This document shows, piece after piece, positions 24,155-38,800 of a DNA stretch of 64,000 nucleotides; the stretch's first letter is position 1; each line of letters starts with the position of its first letter. The notes under the pieces were generated by a model, which saw nothing but the letters and a program-made list of their open reading frames with translations, made no database searches and had not been told where the DNA came from. A program made the position numbers and the translations under genes. This DNA comes from Octopus vulgaris (lineage: Eukaryota), in contig OX597814.1 of assembly GCA_951406725.2 (NCBI GenBank), positions 137,516,001 to 137,580,000 on the forward strand, written 5' to 3'.

Positions 24155-25123
24155 GTAAAGCTTATTTTTAAAAAATTTATTTTCTTTTATTCATTTATTA
24201 TTTTTATCATCTTTGAGAGCAACAGGTAGTTAAATTGCTAGTACTTCAGACTTCCAATTGAAAGGATTACAATTCATCAACTGTTCCCAATGCTGAGTAA
24301 GATCCATGGCGAAAATAATTTAGTTTAAAAGAATCTAGGGACCCATTTTAATTTAGTTAGGTTTCATGAATTGAGTAAAACTCACTATTGTAAAAAGCAG
24401 GAGCATTGTGTAATTGATGATTGTTTCACTAATCTTGCAATGCTAAGTTAAATTCTTACTATCTATAAAGTTTGAAAAGATGGGCTCTATTACATTGATT
24501 TGCCCTTGGTATGGACACTACATAAAACAATGTCTTAAAGGTGTTATGAGACTCACTGTGTGTGTGTGCATGTACATGTAGCATGGTAGAGAGGTGAAAT
24601 CTCCGCAAGCTATAAACTAATTTTGGTTCCTACTTGTAACCATTTCACTTCATGTCACAACTACCCTTAGGGAAGGTATATATCATATGACTGAATCTAA
24701 GGAGACTTGTGGTGGTCTGCATAGGCAAGACTTGTAGTATTTGGATAAAGCAACAGAAAGAGTAGTGTAAATACCATGGGGAGTGGATTATCCAGTGTTT
24801 CAGAGTCCTTCTTCAGGGTAAAGATGAAAAGAAATGAAAGAAAGACAGCAGTTCTAGCTCTTCAAAGATTATAAGTAAGATTGCCAGGGTCTGTCTGGCA
24901 AGCTAATCACTAATAAGATAACCAAAAGGGATTTCCTTCTTATAGCCTTTACAGATTTTATTAAAAGATTCTATAATCTCAGTAGAGGCTGCATATCTTT
25001 TTACTATTTAATTAGTGATTCAAAAAGAGAAAGCTGTTCCCATGAACTTTGCAGGTCAGATTACTGAAACTGATGTAGACGATATTGTCTGAACTTTTCG
25101 GGAGCAAAGTTGCTGGAAAAAAA

Positions 25124-25380
25124 AATGGTGTAGAAATATTCCAGGGATAATAGTTCAGAGAAGAAAGGCTTGGAAAATTAGATTTAGTGCTGTATTCAAG
25201 GAGTGGGATCTAAGACACAGTAAGAAGTGCTTTATGTGGACTTGTGTGGAATGGTGTAGAAATATTCCAGGGGTAATAGTTCAGAGAAGAAAGGCTTGCA
25301 AAGTTAGATTTAGTGCTGTATTCAAGGAGTGGGATCTAAGACACAGTAAGAAATGCTTTATGTGGACTTGTGTGAAATGG
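25124..25380. repeat. Tandem duplication, 126-bp unit x2
   Basis: AATGGTGTAGAAATATTCCAGGG...GTGGACTTGTGTG starts at 25124 and 25250. Confidence 0.9.
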
Positions 25381-25475
25381 GTACACAGCATATGAGTTCA
25401 GAAAAGCAGACATTATTATTGGCATAGTAAGAAAGGCTGAAGAAAGCAACATATCAGTTATTGACACCACAATTA

Positions 25476-25966
25476 CACTGTTTAACAAATTTTCTATTTA
25501 TCATTTTTTTCTTTTCTTGGTCAGTAAGTGTTATTTCCTATTTGCTTCCATCTAGAAATAAAAGGAAATGGCTATTATTCCCTTCAAACTTTTCTTTTGT
25601 GACCTGGACATCGATGTTTTGAAACTGACATATTGTCCATTACATTTCAGACAGATTTAGCGCTGAGTTGAAGCAGAAATAGTTATTGCAAACATTCTGC
25701 TCAACACTACAGATTTGCTTGTCAGTTGTTTGACTATAACCACTCGAGCATGTCCCTTAGTGGCTGACAATATGTACATTTCTGATCACAAACAGGAGTA
25801 GCAGAAGTGCATCATAGCCATGTGTTGAGAGGGGTTCTCTGGGGTTTTAATAAATGTAACAAAAGGAAAGTTTGAAGGAAATATTAGCCATTTTTCATAC
25901 TTTATAGGGGTAAGCAAATAGGAAATAACAGTTGCTACCCAAGGTCAAAAATCATGTTACACAGTG
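25476..25966. mobile_element. Non-autonomous DNA transposon/MITE with long imperfect TIRs (copy 1)
   Basis: CACTGTTTAACA...TGTTACACAGTG termini and subterminal inverted repeats (GTTATTTCCTATTTGCTT / AAGCAAATAGGAAATAAC). A second copy lies at 35433. Confidence 0.75.
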
Positions 25967-27879
25967 TTGTTAATAATCATCTGAACCACTTTCTTTTGGA
26001 TGTGGTCTAGGATGTTTGCATATATGTGTAGCAGCATTGTCCCAGATATGTGAGCAACACTCACTACCTTACTCAAACAACTGATCAGAGACAGAGTAGT
26101 TTTGGGCTCCAAAGAGAAAGCTTATTTTTGTGATGCAGTTTTGATTGCATATAATCTTTGAAAGCAATAAATCAGCTTTTCATTTATTGCATACACACAC
26201 ACACATGCACTACAGTCGTCACTTCTAGGTAGTATTTTAACTTTGGAAAAATTGTGTCCTGTAAGTTGTAGTCAAGAGAAGAAGACAAAGATGTATTTTC
26301 AGCTTACTGATTAAACAAAGCAAACTATAATACAATGTCTATTTACCTATATGCCAATATTAAAATGTAAAACATTATAATATAGTTTGATGATGAGTAC
26401 TATACTCCTTTAGATGGTAGAGACACCACTGGAAACTCCATATTCATGTAGTGTATGTAGGATCAATAGTTTGCCAGGGCTCATCCCATCATGATCTGTG
26501 GCCAAGCAGAAATTCAGCATTAAGGGAACAAAACAAATGATTTTACAGCACTGCTATTACTTACAACAGAAACTTGTTCTTAGCTTATTATGTATGAAAC
26601 TGTGTTCCAAGTCATTAGAGATTTAAGTGTTTCAACCTTAGATACAGTGTGGTTCCAGCAACAGGTGTGATTTGCTGGTCTCTTTTGCAATGTCTTGAAA
26701 TTCTAGCAAGGGAACATTAACTCTATGAGCTCTACAACTTAACCCTTGTTAACCTGTTTAGCAGAGATATCTATTTTTGATTTCATCATTACAGTAAGCG
26801 TGGGCATGGCTGTGTGGTTAGGGAGCTTGCTTCCTAGCTACATGGTTTCGGGTTCATTCCCACTGCGTGACACTTTGGGCAGGTGTCTTCCACTATAGCC
26901 CCGAGTCGACTGAAGCTTTGTGATTGATTTCGGTAGGCGGAAGTTACTGCCGTGTGTGTATATGTGCGTGTAGGTGCTCAGTGCCTCTCCGAAAGAGAGA
27001 GAGAGAGAGTTAGTATATAGTAGCATTGTTGCTCAAGGTTTCCAATGGTTCAGCCACTTGTTCAGAGTATTTTGGAAGGAAGTGACAAAGGAGTGTCTTA
27101 ACTAGATTAAGAGCAAATATTTCAAGAAAGCTTGTTAGTAAAGCAAGTTAAGTTTTCAAACTAAGGTTTACATCCTTTGCCAAGATATTGGAGAAAGATA
27201 CACATGTACCCCAAACATATGACAGGTTTCTGCACAGTTTCTGTATACAAAATTCTACTTGTAAGGTATAAGTAGAGTGGTTGTAGACACTTCTAAGTGC
27301 TGTGTAGTGGAATTGTACCCAGAACTACATAGTTGTGAAGTGAACTTCTTACCCATACCCATAGTGAATACTTGCATCTATAACAACTCATTTGGGTGGA
27401 ATTCAGTGTTACAGATATTTAGACAAGTTGATAAGGATAACTTTCTCCTTCCTCCTTCTACTGCTGGAAGCTCTGAAAAGAGCCAAAGGCAGGTCCTTCC
27501 TACTCTGACTAAAATTTAAAAACAAAAGGTGCTGTGTCCTTATAACATAACTCATGCAAGAAAAATGCTTACTGACAAATGATCAAGTAGGCTTTCATAA
27601 AGCTAGATCTAGCAGAGACTTCCTCTCCTATATCACTTAGCAGTGATCCCTCACCATTGACTTACTTCAGGAAAACAATGTTGTAATTAACATTAATAAA
27701 ACCTTCAGCCATGTCTAACAAGAATCTTCTAGCTAAGGTACCTATCTGTAGTCTTCATCTGTCTCTCATTCTTTGGACTGGAATCTCCCTGTCAGACTGC
27801 ATCATCAACATAACTCTTTCTCTAACCATATTCTATCAACACTGATACAGCCCAAGGCTACCTAATGTTTCCAATTCTT

Positions 27880-28460
27880 TGTTGGGCCTCACAGAGGCAA
27901 TGACAGTGAAATCACAGCTGTAGCCTACACCAGTGTCGCATAACCAGTCCATTTAAAAAGTACTGTTGAATCATCAGGCAACATGGCGTGCTTGAGGAGA
28001 CCTATTGAGTCAAGTAAATCAAAATCAAATCAAATCACAACCAAATGGAAATTGTAGTCGTGGCTGTTACCAGTGCTGGTAGCACGCAATAAGAACCATT
28101 CATGCGTGGGTTGCTGCCAGAGTCACCTGACTAGGTCCCTGTGCCAGTGGCACGTAAAAAGAACCATCCGAACGTGGTTGATGCCAGCCCCCCCCCCCTG
28201 ACTGGCTCCTGTGCCAGTGGCATGTAAAAAGCACCATCCGAACATGGCTGATGCCAGTGCTGCCTGACTGGCTCCCATGCTGGTGGCACGTAAAAAGCAA
28301 CCACTACACTCTTGGAGTGCTTGGTGTTAGGAAGGGAAGCCAGCTGTAGAAACATTGCCAGATTAGATTGGAGCCTTGTGTGGTCTCCTGGCTTGCCAGT
28401 CTCCAGTCAAACGATCCAACTCATGCTAGCATGGAAAACGGACGTTAAATGATGATGATA
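27880..28460 (+). mobile_element. 5'-truncated RTE LINE 3' UTR with internal ~60-bp repeats
   Basis: Begins with the GTTGGGCCTCA..GAGGCAA unit seen at 57363-57610 and ends CATGGAAAACGGACGTTAAATGATGATG. Confidence 0.75.
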
Positions 28461-29714
28461 ATTAATGGCCATCTTACTGTCATATTTTTAATACACACAT
28501 GCACCATCCACAGAGTTCAAACATTTTAGGTCAGACATAAAACTGAATCCATGAACAGAGATGGTTCTGAGCATCCCTCAATGGGGACAATACAACTATG
28601 TTGCTTTGGACAGTACTAAAGCTAAATCCTTATAGTCTTGTATCTCACCCTCATTAGTTATAAAAAAAACCTCTGAGCAGGCACAGCTGTGTGGTAAGAA
28701 GTTTGCTTTCCAGCCACTTGGTTTTAATTTCAGACCTACAGCACAGCACCTTGGGCAAGTGTCTTTTATAGTCCCAGGCCAACTGAAACCTTGCGAGTAG
28801 ATTTGATAGGTAGAAACATCAGATAATTGTTGTAAATGAGTGTCAGTTTCCAATCTTCCATAAAAATAGGTCATGGGGGAAATATTACCTTACTTGGAAA
28901 TGAGTGAGGGTTGGCAACAGGAAAAACATCTAACCTTAAAAAATCTGCCTCAACAAATTCCGTTTGACCTATGCGAGCATGGAAAGTGGACATTAAAATG
29001 ATGCTGGTGACAACGATGATAGCTGCTACAAATGCAAGACCTCTTTGTCTCTGATAACCTTTTATATGATCCCAAAATATGAAACACTGACCAAGTGCAT
29101 CACAAAAACTCCTTAAAGATAGGAAATGCCTGAACCACCCTTAAATATTACTATCACAATAAGGATGGGAATGCTGTTACATTCTGCATCAATTGTGCCT
29201 GTGAATGCAGCTGTGATTGTGTGTTTAACAAGTTCACTTCACAACCACATGCTTCTGGCCTTGATCCCAATGCACTGCACCTTCAACAATTGCCTTCTAC
29301 AATAGCTTGAGGTTGATCAATAACTTGGGTATAGGATTTACTAGAAAGGATCAGTTTTGAAGCATGCTTTATATATCTCTCTCCTCCTTTCTCATACATG
29401 TGTGTGTGTGTCATATAATGTCTGTTCTCCATGCTGGCATGAGTTGGACAGTTTGACAGGATCCAGTGTTAGAGGACTGGGTCTGTGATGTCTACAGTTA
29501 GATCCCCTTCCTAACACCAGCTTCTTTACAGGGTGTACTGAGTGCTTTTACAGTGAAGTTATGTTACAGTTTACAAGACTGAAGGGCCTAGAGGGTCTTT
29601 TATAACTGAAAGAGAGAGAATTTTAAGTTAGGTTACGAAAGAAGGTAAATATGATGAGAACAATAGATTTATAGTTGCAAGTGGGTAGTAGTGGAGAGCC
29701 TAACAGAGTAGACC

Positions 29715-31154
29715 AGTAGTTCCCAACCGACTTTTGGCCAAGCTCCACCGAATCATTTCTAAAATCCTGATGCCCCTCCATGTGATATCTAATTTTTGTT
29801 ATTCAAAATTTGGTTAATGTTTACAATATTACCCAGAGACAAAATTTTTTTTAAAATAGTGCAACGAATGTAAAAAAAAATGTGTAGGAAACGAAAGCAA
29901 CAGGTGGGGGTGACTTCGGATAATTCACAAGATCCGAGTTTTTCCCTCATAACTTTTAGGAAAATGTTTTTTTTAACGAAATTTTATATAAATACCTTTC
30001 AGCTGGCATAGATTACGATTATAAAGAAATTTGTGGGAAAATCTTTTCCGAGGTATGGGGAGGGGACTTTGTAAAATTCACCAGATCCAAGTTTTTCGCC
30101 CATAACTTGGTGACAGTTTATCGTGGATAGCGGGTATAAATCCAAATTTTAAATATTCCTCTGAATATTGATGAACTTTTCTTTTTTACTTCCAGGAGTG
30201 GCTGTGTGGTAAGTAGCTTGCTAACCAACCACACGGTTCCGGGTTCAGTCCCACTGCGTGGCATCGGGCAAGTGTCTTCTGCTATAGCCCCGGGCCGACC
30301 AATGCCGTGTGAGTGGATTTGGTAGACGGAAACTGAAAGAAGCCTGTCGTATATATGTATATATATATGTATGTGTGTGTTTGTCCCCCTAGCATTGCTT
30401 GACAACCGATGCTGCTGTGTTTACGTCCCCGTCACTTAGCGGTTCGGCAAAAAGAGACCGATAGAATAAGTACTGGGCTTACAAAGAATAAGTCCCAGGC
30501 TCGAGTTGCTCGATTAAAGGCGGTGCTCCAGCATGGCCGCAGTCAAATGACTGAAACAAGTAAAAGAGAGTACTCATTTTATATATTTTTGAATCGGTAT
30601 AACTACAGATTTCTGCGCCCCCGACTTTTCAATTCATTTTAACTTTCAAGAAAATGGATATTTTTAAATGAAATTCTCTACAAATATACCTCGGACTATG
30701 TAGATTCCGAGGACGTAGGAATTTTGGGGGGAAACAATTGGGGGCTATTTTTGAGAACTGTTCCCCCACTCGCAGGTGTTTCTGAACAAGTCATCCATAT
30801 TTGTTTCATTTTCTCCGTTTTGTGTGTTTGTGCACACACACACACGCATGTAATTAAAAAAGTTCGAAGGGGGAATTATTCCGTTGAATATCATGTTTAT
30901 TATAGAGATTATGTAACAATTTAAAAAAAATTTTAGCTTCTGGTGTCTTCTGCCTTTCTATTAGAAACGTTTACCTAGGAATTTACTTAAAGTACAAAAA
31001 AAAAAAAATACGTATGCAACAGATAAGTCATCTTAATAACATATCGATTTTTCTTACCTTTTGTTGAATTCACAAACTGACTGGTGGGAATAAAATGGCC
31101 TGTCAATTTTCATCTCTGTTCATATGTGTGTCTGTGTGTAACCAATACCATAAA

Positions 31155-31186
<32 letters not shown>

Positions 31187-31700
31187 CCCCCCTCTCTCCC
31201 CCTCTCTCTCTCTCTCTCTCCCCCTCTCTCTCTTTCTCTTCCTTCACTGATGCTACTCCTCACTTCCACTCCATTTCAACCCATTCAATTCTTTCAACTC
31301 TCACCCCCAACGCCATTTATTGCCCTATCAACACTCTGCAGCACCACATTTTTCGGCATTCTTTCGATATGAGTCCCATTTACGTCACGCGTATTTGTTT
31401 ACATTTGAAGAAGATCGTCACTTTCCGTAAATTTTAATTTTTTTTTATATATGTGGGGTTAGGATTAGTGGTAGGAGGGAAGGGTATCTTTTTTTCTTTA
31501 GAAATGTAAATAAACCCACGTGGGTTTATAAGTGAGAGTTATGTTACTAGTAACGAATGATGCCCTATTCCTTCTTTCGTGATATCAGATCTTATGAATA
31601 TGATGAAAACGACCTGTTGTCTCTAAAGTGTCCAAAATTTACAGAAGAGATATAAGGAATTTTTTTTTTTAATAACTCATTTTTGAATTGTCCTCTTTCT
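29715..31700. mobile_element. Probable nested DNA-transposon relics (hAT-like 5' end CAGTAGTTCCCAAC)
   Basis: hAT/Charlie-like terminus, CpG retention and internal direct repeats (AATTCAC.AGATCC.AGTTTTTC). The partner terminus was not found. Confidence 0.35.
30194..30572 (+). mobile_element. tRNA-derived SINE family A, young copy
   Basis: A box TGGCTGTGTGG, B-box-like GGTTCAGTCC, CORE-like GGGCAAGTG, internal (TA/TG)n and tail GACTGAAACAAGTAAAAGAG. Nearly identical to 50294-50710. Confidence 0.88.
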
Positions 31701-33009
31701 CTATTGGTATACTAAACATTGTGTACAAAAGATATAAATTCAATATTACCCTACGCTTTCATTAAGGCAGACTCCCCCCCCCCCCCCAGTCAGAAGCCTT
31801 TCCTGTCACCAACCCTCACCTGTTTCCAAGTAAGGCAATATTTCCCCATAGGTGGACACATTTTCATGGAAGATTGGAAAGTAGAGGGACTCTACTTCTG
31901 AGACAGTGACAGTGACATTTGTTTACAACTCTTGCAGGATGTCAAGAAAAACACACCTTACACACATACACACACAAAATGGTCTTCTTTCAGTTTCAGC
32001 CTACCAAATCCATTCACTAGACTAGTCACCCTAGGGCTATACTAGAAGACAGTTGCCCAAGGTGTCACACAGTGGAAATGAACCCAAAACCATGTGGTTG
32101 AGATGTGAATTTAACTACACAGCTATGCCTGTGTTTATATATATATAAGTGTGTGTCATCATCATCATCATCATTTAGCGTCCGTTTTCCATGGGTATAC
32201 ATATAATGTATATACATATAAAAACAGGTGTAAGCATTGCTGTGTGGTTAAGAAGTTCACTTTCCAACAATGTGGTGTCAGGTTCAGTCCTATTACGTAA
32301 CAGCAATATTTATTTTCTACTACAGTACAGGGCCAGCCAAAGCCTTGTGAGTGGATTTTGTATATAGAAGCGGAAAGAAGCCTGTCATTTATTTATACAT
32401 CATCATCTTTATCACCATCATGTGATGTTTGTTAACAAACATCACCATATTATAAGTAAAATCATTCATTTGCAATCTTCTGTTAAACGTGTCTGGCCAT
32501 TATGCTGCCCATGTTTGAAGGATGAAAAGAAAAATATCTCCTTAGCTTCAAAACAAGTGAAGTGTTTGCAAGCAGGAAGGGCATCTGGCAACAGAAAATC
32601 TGCCTCAAGGAATTTCATCTGCCCCCTGCAAGCATGAAAAAAAAACATACATACATACATGCATGCATGCACGCATGCACACACACAAACACATACATAC
32701 ATACAAACAAACAGACAAAATAAGGATAAGATCGTTAATTTAAATTAAATAACGATCTTAGCAAGTGGCCAGCATGGAAATAACAACCTTCAAAGGTAAT
32801 AATTATTATTAAAATTATAACTTAGGGTATCTACGAGATACTGCCATGCTGAAAATAGCAGCCATGATCTGACTCTAAAGAACCACTTTAAGTGCTGTGT
32901 TCATATAGCACATGGAAAGAAGACAAAAAGACTATACACAGATATATATATACATATATACATACACACTTATATATATACACACACACACACACACATA
33001 TATATACAT

Positions 33010-33054
<45 letters not shown>

Positions 33055-33075
33055 CATACATACATAAATACATAC

Positions 33076-33110
<35 letters not shown>

Positions 33111-33114
<4 letters not shown>

Positions 33115-34660
33115 ACAGTTGTTGTTAAGGTGTTGGTTGCCAGTATGCAAGATGGAAGAAAAACAGCAGTTTAAGAAAATATTTATTTACCGTTACTTTG
33201 TATAATGTTTTGCATTGACAGACAGGTGTGTGTATCATATAAAAACAATAGAGTTATCTTTTCTTGTATGTTGTTGCTGGTTATGTTTGGTCAACTGCTA
33301 GCTGCCTAGCTAGGAATTAGAGGAAGATAGAGTGAATGTTAAATGTAGGGAGTCAATTAAATGATACCTTCATGGTGCCTGACATTTAAACAGCAGTGGT
33401 GTAGTGATAAGACACTGTATCATAGTTTGACATTCTCACAGGTAAGCCTTTTCTCAGTTGAATTATCTCACTAACTGGATTTTGCCTTTGGTCGCCTCTC
33501 CATCATCTCCTTTTTGCCAACTAGGTTCTCACTAACTAACTTTGGCTTACAGAGTTCTTGCTTTTATAACTAGCCAGAAGGATAGGCATATTGTTGAGAA
33601 CAATAGATTTCGTTGGAGGTCTGTTATCTCCATTCTAGCCCTGGCCAGCAAAATACGTACAAATTCAGTATTTCAAAAAAAATTCCAGATGAGTGATTTA
33701 CAGGCACCAATGCCTTAATTTCTACACGAACACCTACAAGACTTATTTATTTATTTTTTCTTTCCACTGAACTTCACAAGGACCATACCTTTAACACTTA
33801 CACTGCTCTAATTCAATTTCCTGTTTGTTATATTAAATTAAAATTGATTGTGCTTCTTTTGTGTGTTTGCTGTGAAGATGTTGAGGTTCTTGTGGGAGAT
33901 GCAGAGTTGACGATGATGATGTGGAATCGAGTTCAATGAAAGCTTTCTTAAGTCGATCAATACTGATAGTATTTCACTTAACATTTATGTCGATGACGAA
34001 GTATTTTTCCATTCTGTGTAGTACTCTGTAGGGTCTAGAATATGGTGGACAGATTTGTGATGGTATTCCATCATTCCGGATAAAAATGTACGTCCATTGG
34101 TTAATGTCCGATGAGACATGTGTCCGTTTTTTGTGAACGGGATCCATTAGGTGTGAGATGGGACATATGAGCACAGAGACAATGTGTATAAGTTGTGGGA
34201 TCAGGAATATCCTGTAGAGGACCTGGAGTGATAATCTGCCCTGGCAGTACCAGCATGGTGCTGTAAACTAACTCAGCCGGTGAGTGACCAATGTCATCCT
34301 TAACAGATACATGGATACCGAGCAGAATAAGCAGAAGGATTTCTATCCAATTGATTAGGTCTGGACATGCATGTATGGTTGATTCCAGCTGTCTGTGGTC
34401 GCCTCTCTGTCATCTCCTTTTTGCCAACTAGGTTCTCACTAACTAACTTTGGCTTATGGAGTTCTTATTTTTATAACTATCCAAAACTAGCCAAAAGGAT
34501 AGACATATTGTTGAGAACAATAGATTTCATTGGAGGTCTGTTATCTCCATTCCAGCCCCAGGTGGCCTAGAAGGAGTTAGAAGGGTCAAGTGGCAAAGAC
34601 ATTATTCTGTTTAGCAATGGCATCTGGCAAATGTAACTGCTGTCACTCACAGAAAAACTA
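33111..34660 (-). mobile_element. Rearranged Ty3/Gypsy relic (integrase fragment ~33870-34375 plus LTR-like duplicated segments)
   Basis: The - strand encodes WIEILLLILLGIHVSVKDDIGHSPAELVYSTMLVLPGQ and WTYIFIRNDG...PPYSRPYRVL. 33490-33645 is duplicated at 34396-34565, and TGTAACA at 33111 is a possible LTR end. Confidence 0.7.
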
Positions 34661-34695
34661 TTATATATAAACACTAATACATCTATCTATCTATC

Positions 34696-34757
<62 letters not shown>

Positions 34758-34898
34758 TATATACACACATATATATATTTATACACAGTATACAAGTAAG
34801 ACATGGCTGTATAGTTGAGAAGCTTGCTCCCAACTACATGGCACCTTGGGCATGTGTTTTCTACTTTGGCTAGACTGAATGAAGCTCAGTGTGTGTCT

Positions 34899-35193
34899 AT
34901 ATCACCGTGACTGACCAGGCTATCAGATGTTGCTACACATCGCTGGTCACAATGCACTTCGCCTTGTTTCAGCTTTCAAATAATGCCACCCCACTGGCTA
35001 AGTGAGCAGGCCAACAGAAGAAAGAGTGAGAGAAAGTTGTGGCGAAAGAGTACAGAAGGGACCCCCCCCTGCCAGAGCCCCATGGAGCTTTAGGTGTTTT
35101 TGCTCAATAAACGCTCACAATGCCTGGTCTGGGAATCGAAACCGCGATCCTATGACCGCAAGTCCGCTGCCCTAACCACTGGGCCACTGCCTC
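34899..35193 (-). mobile_element. tRNA-derived SINE family C
   Basis: The - strand reads GAGGCAGTGGCCCAGTGGTTAGGGCAGCGGAC...GGTTTCGATTCCC (A and B boxes) followed by a non-tRNA body; it sits inside a family A SINE. Confidence 0.75.
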
Positions 35194-35432
35194 TGTGTGT
35201 CTATATATGCATGCATAAATATATACATATATGTATGTATATACATGTGTATGCATTTTTGTCTCCTTGTCTTGACTGCACATAATTGTCATAAATGAAT
35301 GTCACTAATTTTCAATATTCATCAAAACATATTTGTCCATCCAAAACTATTACCTTGTTTGGTAATAGGTGAGGGGTGGCAACAAAAAGGGCATCTGGCC
35401 ATAGAAAATCTTACTAAACAAATTCTGTCTCA

Positions 35433-35853
35433 TGCTGTGTAACAAAATAAAAATTTTTTTTTTTATCTTTGGTCAGTATGTGTTATTTTCTATATATTTC
35501 AGTTTAGAAATCAGAAGAAATGAGTTATTCCCTTCAAAGTTTGCTTTTGTGACCTGGACATCAATGTTTTGAAACTGACATATTTCCATTACATTCCAGA
35601 TAGATTCAGTGCTGAGTTCCTGAAACAGAAATATTGCTATAGCAAATATTCTACTCATACCACAGATTTCTCAGCTGCTTGACCTTAACCACTTGAGCAT
35701 GTCACTCATGTGTTGAGAGGAATTCTTTGGAATAAATGTAACAAAAGCAAGCAAAATTTGAAGGCAATATTAGCCATTTTTCATACGTTCTAGGATGTAA
35801 GCAAATAGGAAATAACAGTTGCTACCAAAGGACAAAAATTGTGTTACACAGTG
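35433..35853. mobile_element. MITE copy 2 (same family as 25476-25966, internally deleted)
   Basis: CTGTGTAACA...TGTTACACAGTG|TA; colinear with copy 1. Confidence 0.75.
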
Positions 35854-38800
35854 TAATGTGTGGCTAGATTGGCTCTTCCATGATACAACTGCAAAAAATA
35901 TGTTTAGAGAGAAAAAGAAAACCCTGTCTAGTTTGGTTTATATTGAAGTGTAATTTTAGTATGTTAGTTTGTCAATTTCCCTGCACAGAGTTGACCCCTA
36001 ACATGACCAATGCTCTGTAACAAACATGTGTATTTCTAATATCAGAATTAGTGAAAATAACATTGAAGAGGAGGAAATTTATAGAAACAAATGGCATGGT
36101 TGACATTATGCTGTAAATCTCTCATTTTCAGGTCCCATAGAAAAGTTGGATAGATCTAATCCAGTAGCCAAGGCTACTGTCCTCTCGTATCTCACTTCAT
36201 TCTAAACAAAAACTTAGGTATAACTCTGAATTGTTTAATTTCTAAAATAACTACAGACAAATATATTATCCTGCACAGTTACTTAGCGATTCTTTCATCA
36301 ATGCCTGAACATATACAGTAAGTTTTATGCTCAGTAGCTTAGGATAGATTGAAATACACCTGGAGTTATCTCTGATACTCCTTGCATTAGATATGTTAAC
36401 ATTAACAAACCTATGTATGTATGAATTGTTTTCAACCATACTAAATGGCTAACTTATCTGAATTTACGGCACATAAAAAGCATCCATTACATTCTTGGAG
36501 TGGTTGGTGTTAGGAAGGGCATCGAGCCGTAGAAACCATGCCAAATCAGACTGGAACCTGGTGCAGCTCTCTGGCTTACTAGTTCCAGTCAAAGCATCTA
36601 ACCCATGCCAGCTTGGAAAGTGAATGTTAAATGATGATGAAAGTTCTCAAGTAAACTGAATTATTTTTGCTATGCAAACATTCATTTATTACAAAAACAT
36701 TTATAGAAAAGATTAAATGCTTGAGATAAAACTGTTATCAATACAATTAGATTCTTTCAGGCTGTTAACCTCACTGACATCAGGTACCTTACTTCTCGAT
36801 TTGTAAGTAGTACCAAACAGGAATTAAAATAGGCACATCTTGTTTTAAATTAATAGTCATGCTCTTACCCTTTTTTCTGATTTGAGTACATCATGTTTCT
36901 ATGTATATATCCAGAAATAAGACAATGATGATGATAGAGAATACTGATCAAAATGTTTGTAAATATTAAAACAGGTTTCATGTTTGTTAGATGGGTTATC
37001 TAAAAAAAAAAATAATAATCATATGAAAAAGGAAAGTTGATGAAATTGAAGCATTGGCAATATCTCACAAATCTACCGGAAGATGATCCTAAAAGAGTTT
37101 GTAGCCAGAATGTAAAGGGATGAAATTAAATACAAGACATTTAACCTGACCCCCCTCATTTCTGCTACTCTACTGCCTAAAAAGTTGAAAATTTATAAAG
37201 TATATATTGTTGGAGCAACTTTAATCTTTCAACAATGCAAATAATTTTCCCCAAACAGTACTGCTCATATTTAAGGCAAGCTGAGTTTCTTTCATGCTTT
37301 GCTTGGTCCCTGGCACACTAACTACAGTAAGTGTACCATGGACCAATGTTTTTTACTCTATTGGCTGTGATTTGCAGGATACAAGTAAAATAGTGTCAAA
37401 GGAATGAACTGGTGTTGACATTTAGTTTTCATAAATTCACTTAGTATCCTGTTAGTCTGTATCTCAATCACTTTAATCCTTTCAACTTCATTCCTCTCTC
37501 ATATCAAGTTGTCTTTTGTAAAACCATTGACTTGTAACAATTCAAAATGCACTATAACCTTTAAATCTTTTTTCTATCAGGCTCTATAAAAAATGTGCAA
37601 ATAGTACCTTTATCACCATTTTACATACTCCTATGCTATGCAGACATGAGTTGGGTGGTTTGACATGACCCAATGTGTCAGATAACTTTGTTGTGCTCCA
37701 ATGTCATATGCATGTATATGTTAGAGAAAGGGACAGTGCTATGACTTTCACGGGCCCTCCAAGACAAGTGAGTTCATGTCCAATTTGAACATCTTAAAGT
37801 CAACAATCACAGGAAAAATTTGGGCAGGTGAGGATTCCAGATAATTGTAGTTTTGGAGGGTGGAAAGATCAGCCATAATAGTTAATGTAGGGCTGGGAGT
37901 AGCACAGTATGGATAACAGGAGAGGAGAGAGAGAGAGAGAGAGAGTTGGGCTGAATGGAGGTGACATGAAACTATGTAGCACAAAGAAGCAGTGGTCATT
38001 GTATCAGTAATACAATAGACAGTCAAAAGACAGCATATCTGTAGGCAAAAGATTGTAATAAGTTTGATGTATGACTGTGTTAGGCCTTTCTATGAATATC
38101 TTTTTTCAGTTTTTATGCCTGACAAAATAGCTTCCACTTTCACAATCCCAGTTGAATATTAAAACTTCATTGTAAATAATTATGCAGCAACAAAAATACA
38201 GCATTAACTCATAGATCAGTATTTTAAACATTTCAGAAACTACAAGAGATAATAGCTTGATGCAGCACACTGATTCCCTGTCAAACCATCCAACCCATGC
38301 CAGCATGGAAAACAGAAGTTCAGTGATGATGATACATACATTCATATATACTTACTTATGCATATATATACATGCATATACCTGTATGCATGAATATACA
38401 GATACAGTCCTTGTTGATCCTCTCATCAAATGAACACTGTGTAATGAGCTAGAGAGAGAGGTAGCTTATCATAGGGAATAGTTTGGATTAGAAGGGTGAG
38501 ATGTCATACAACTTTCAATCAATAAATTACATCAACTTTAATCATTTAAAAACAAAGCAAAATAAGTTGAAAATAAAAGTTACAAGCATCATAAATATTT
38601 TTAAAAACAAAATGCATATTTAAACACTTGTTAAGAAACAATTGTACCTCAAAATACTCCTGTGCAGGCACTGAACAGTTCTTGTTTGAAAATAGTTCAT
38701 AATGTTCTATACTTGTTTCCCATTTATGTTATAATTTTATGTGATTATCTTATGCTTATGTTCACCATTTTATGTTATATTTAAATAGGTGTATTAATGT

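Noticed and set aside
24155-24229. C-terminal extension of the BTB ORF (VKLIFKKFIFF...)
   Set aside because: Intron read-through past the CAG|GTAAAG donor.
35120-35193. tRNA gene
   Set aside because: It has A and B boxes but no proper acceptor stem and runs into a repeat body, so it is a SINE head. The same applies to 30194 and 50294.
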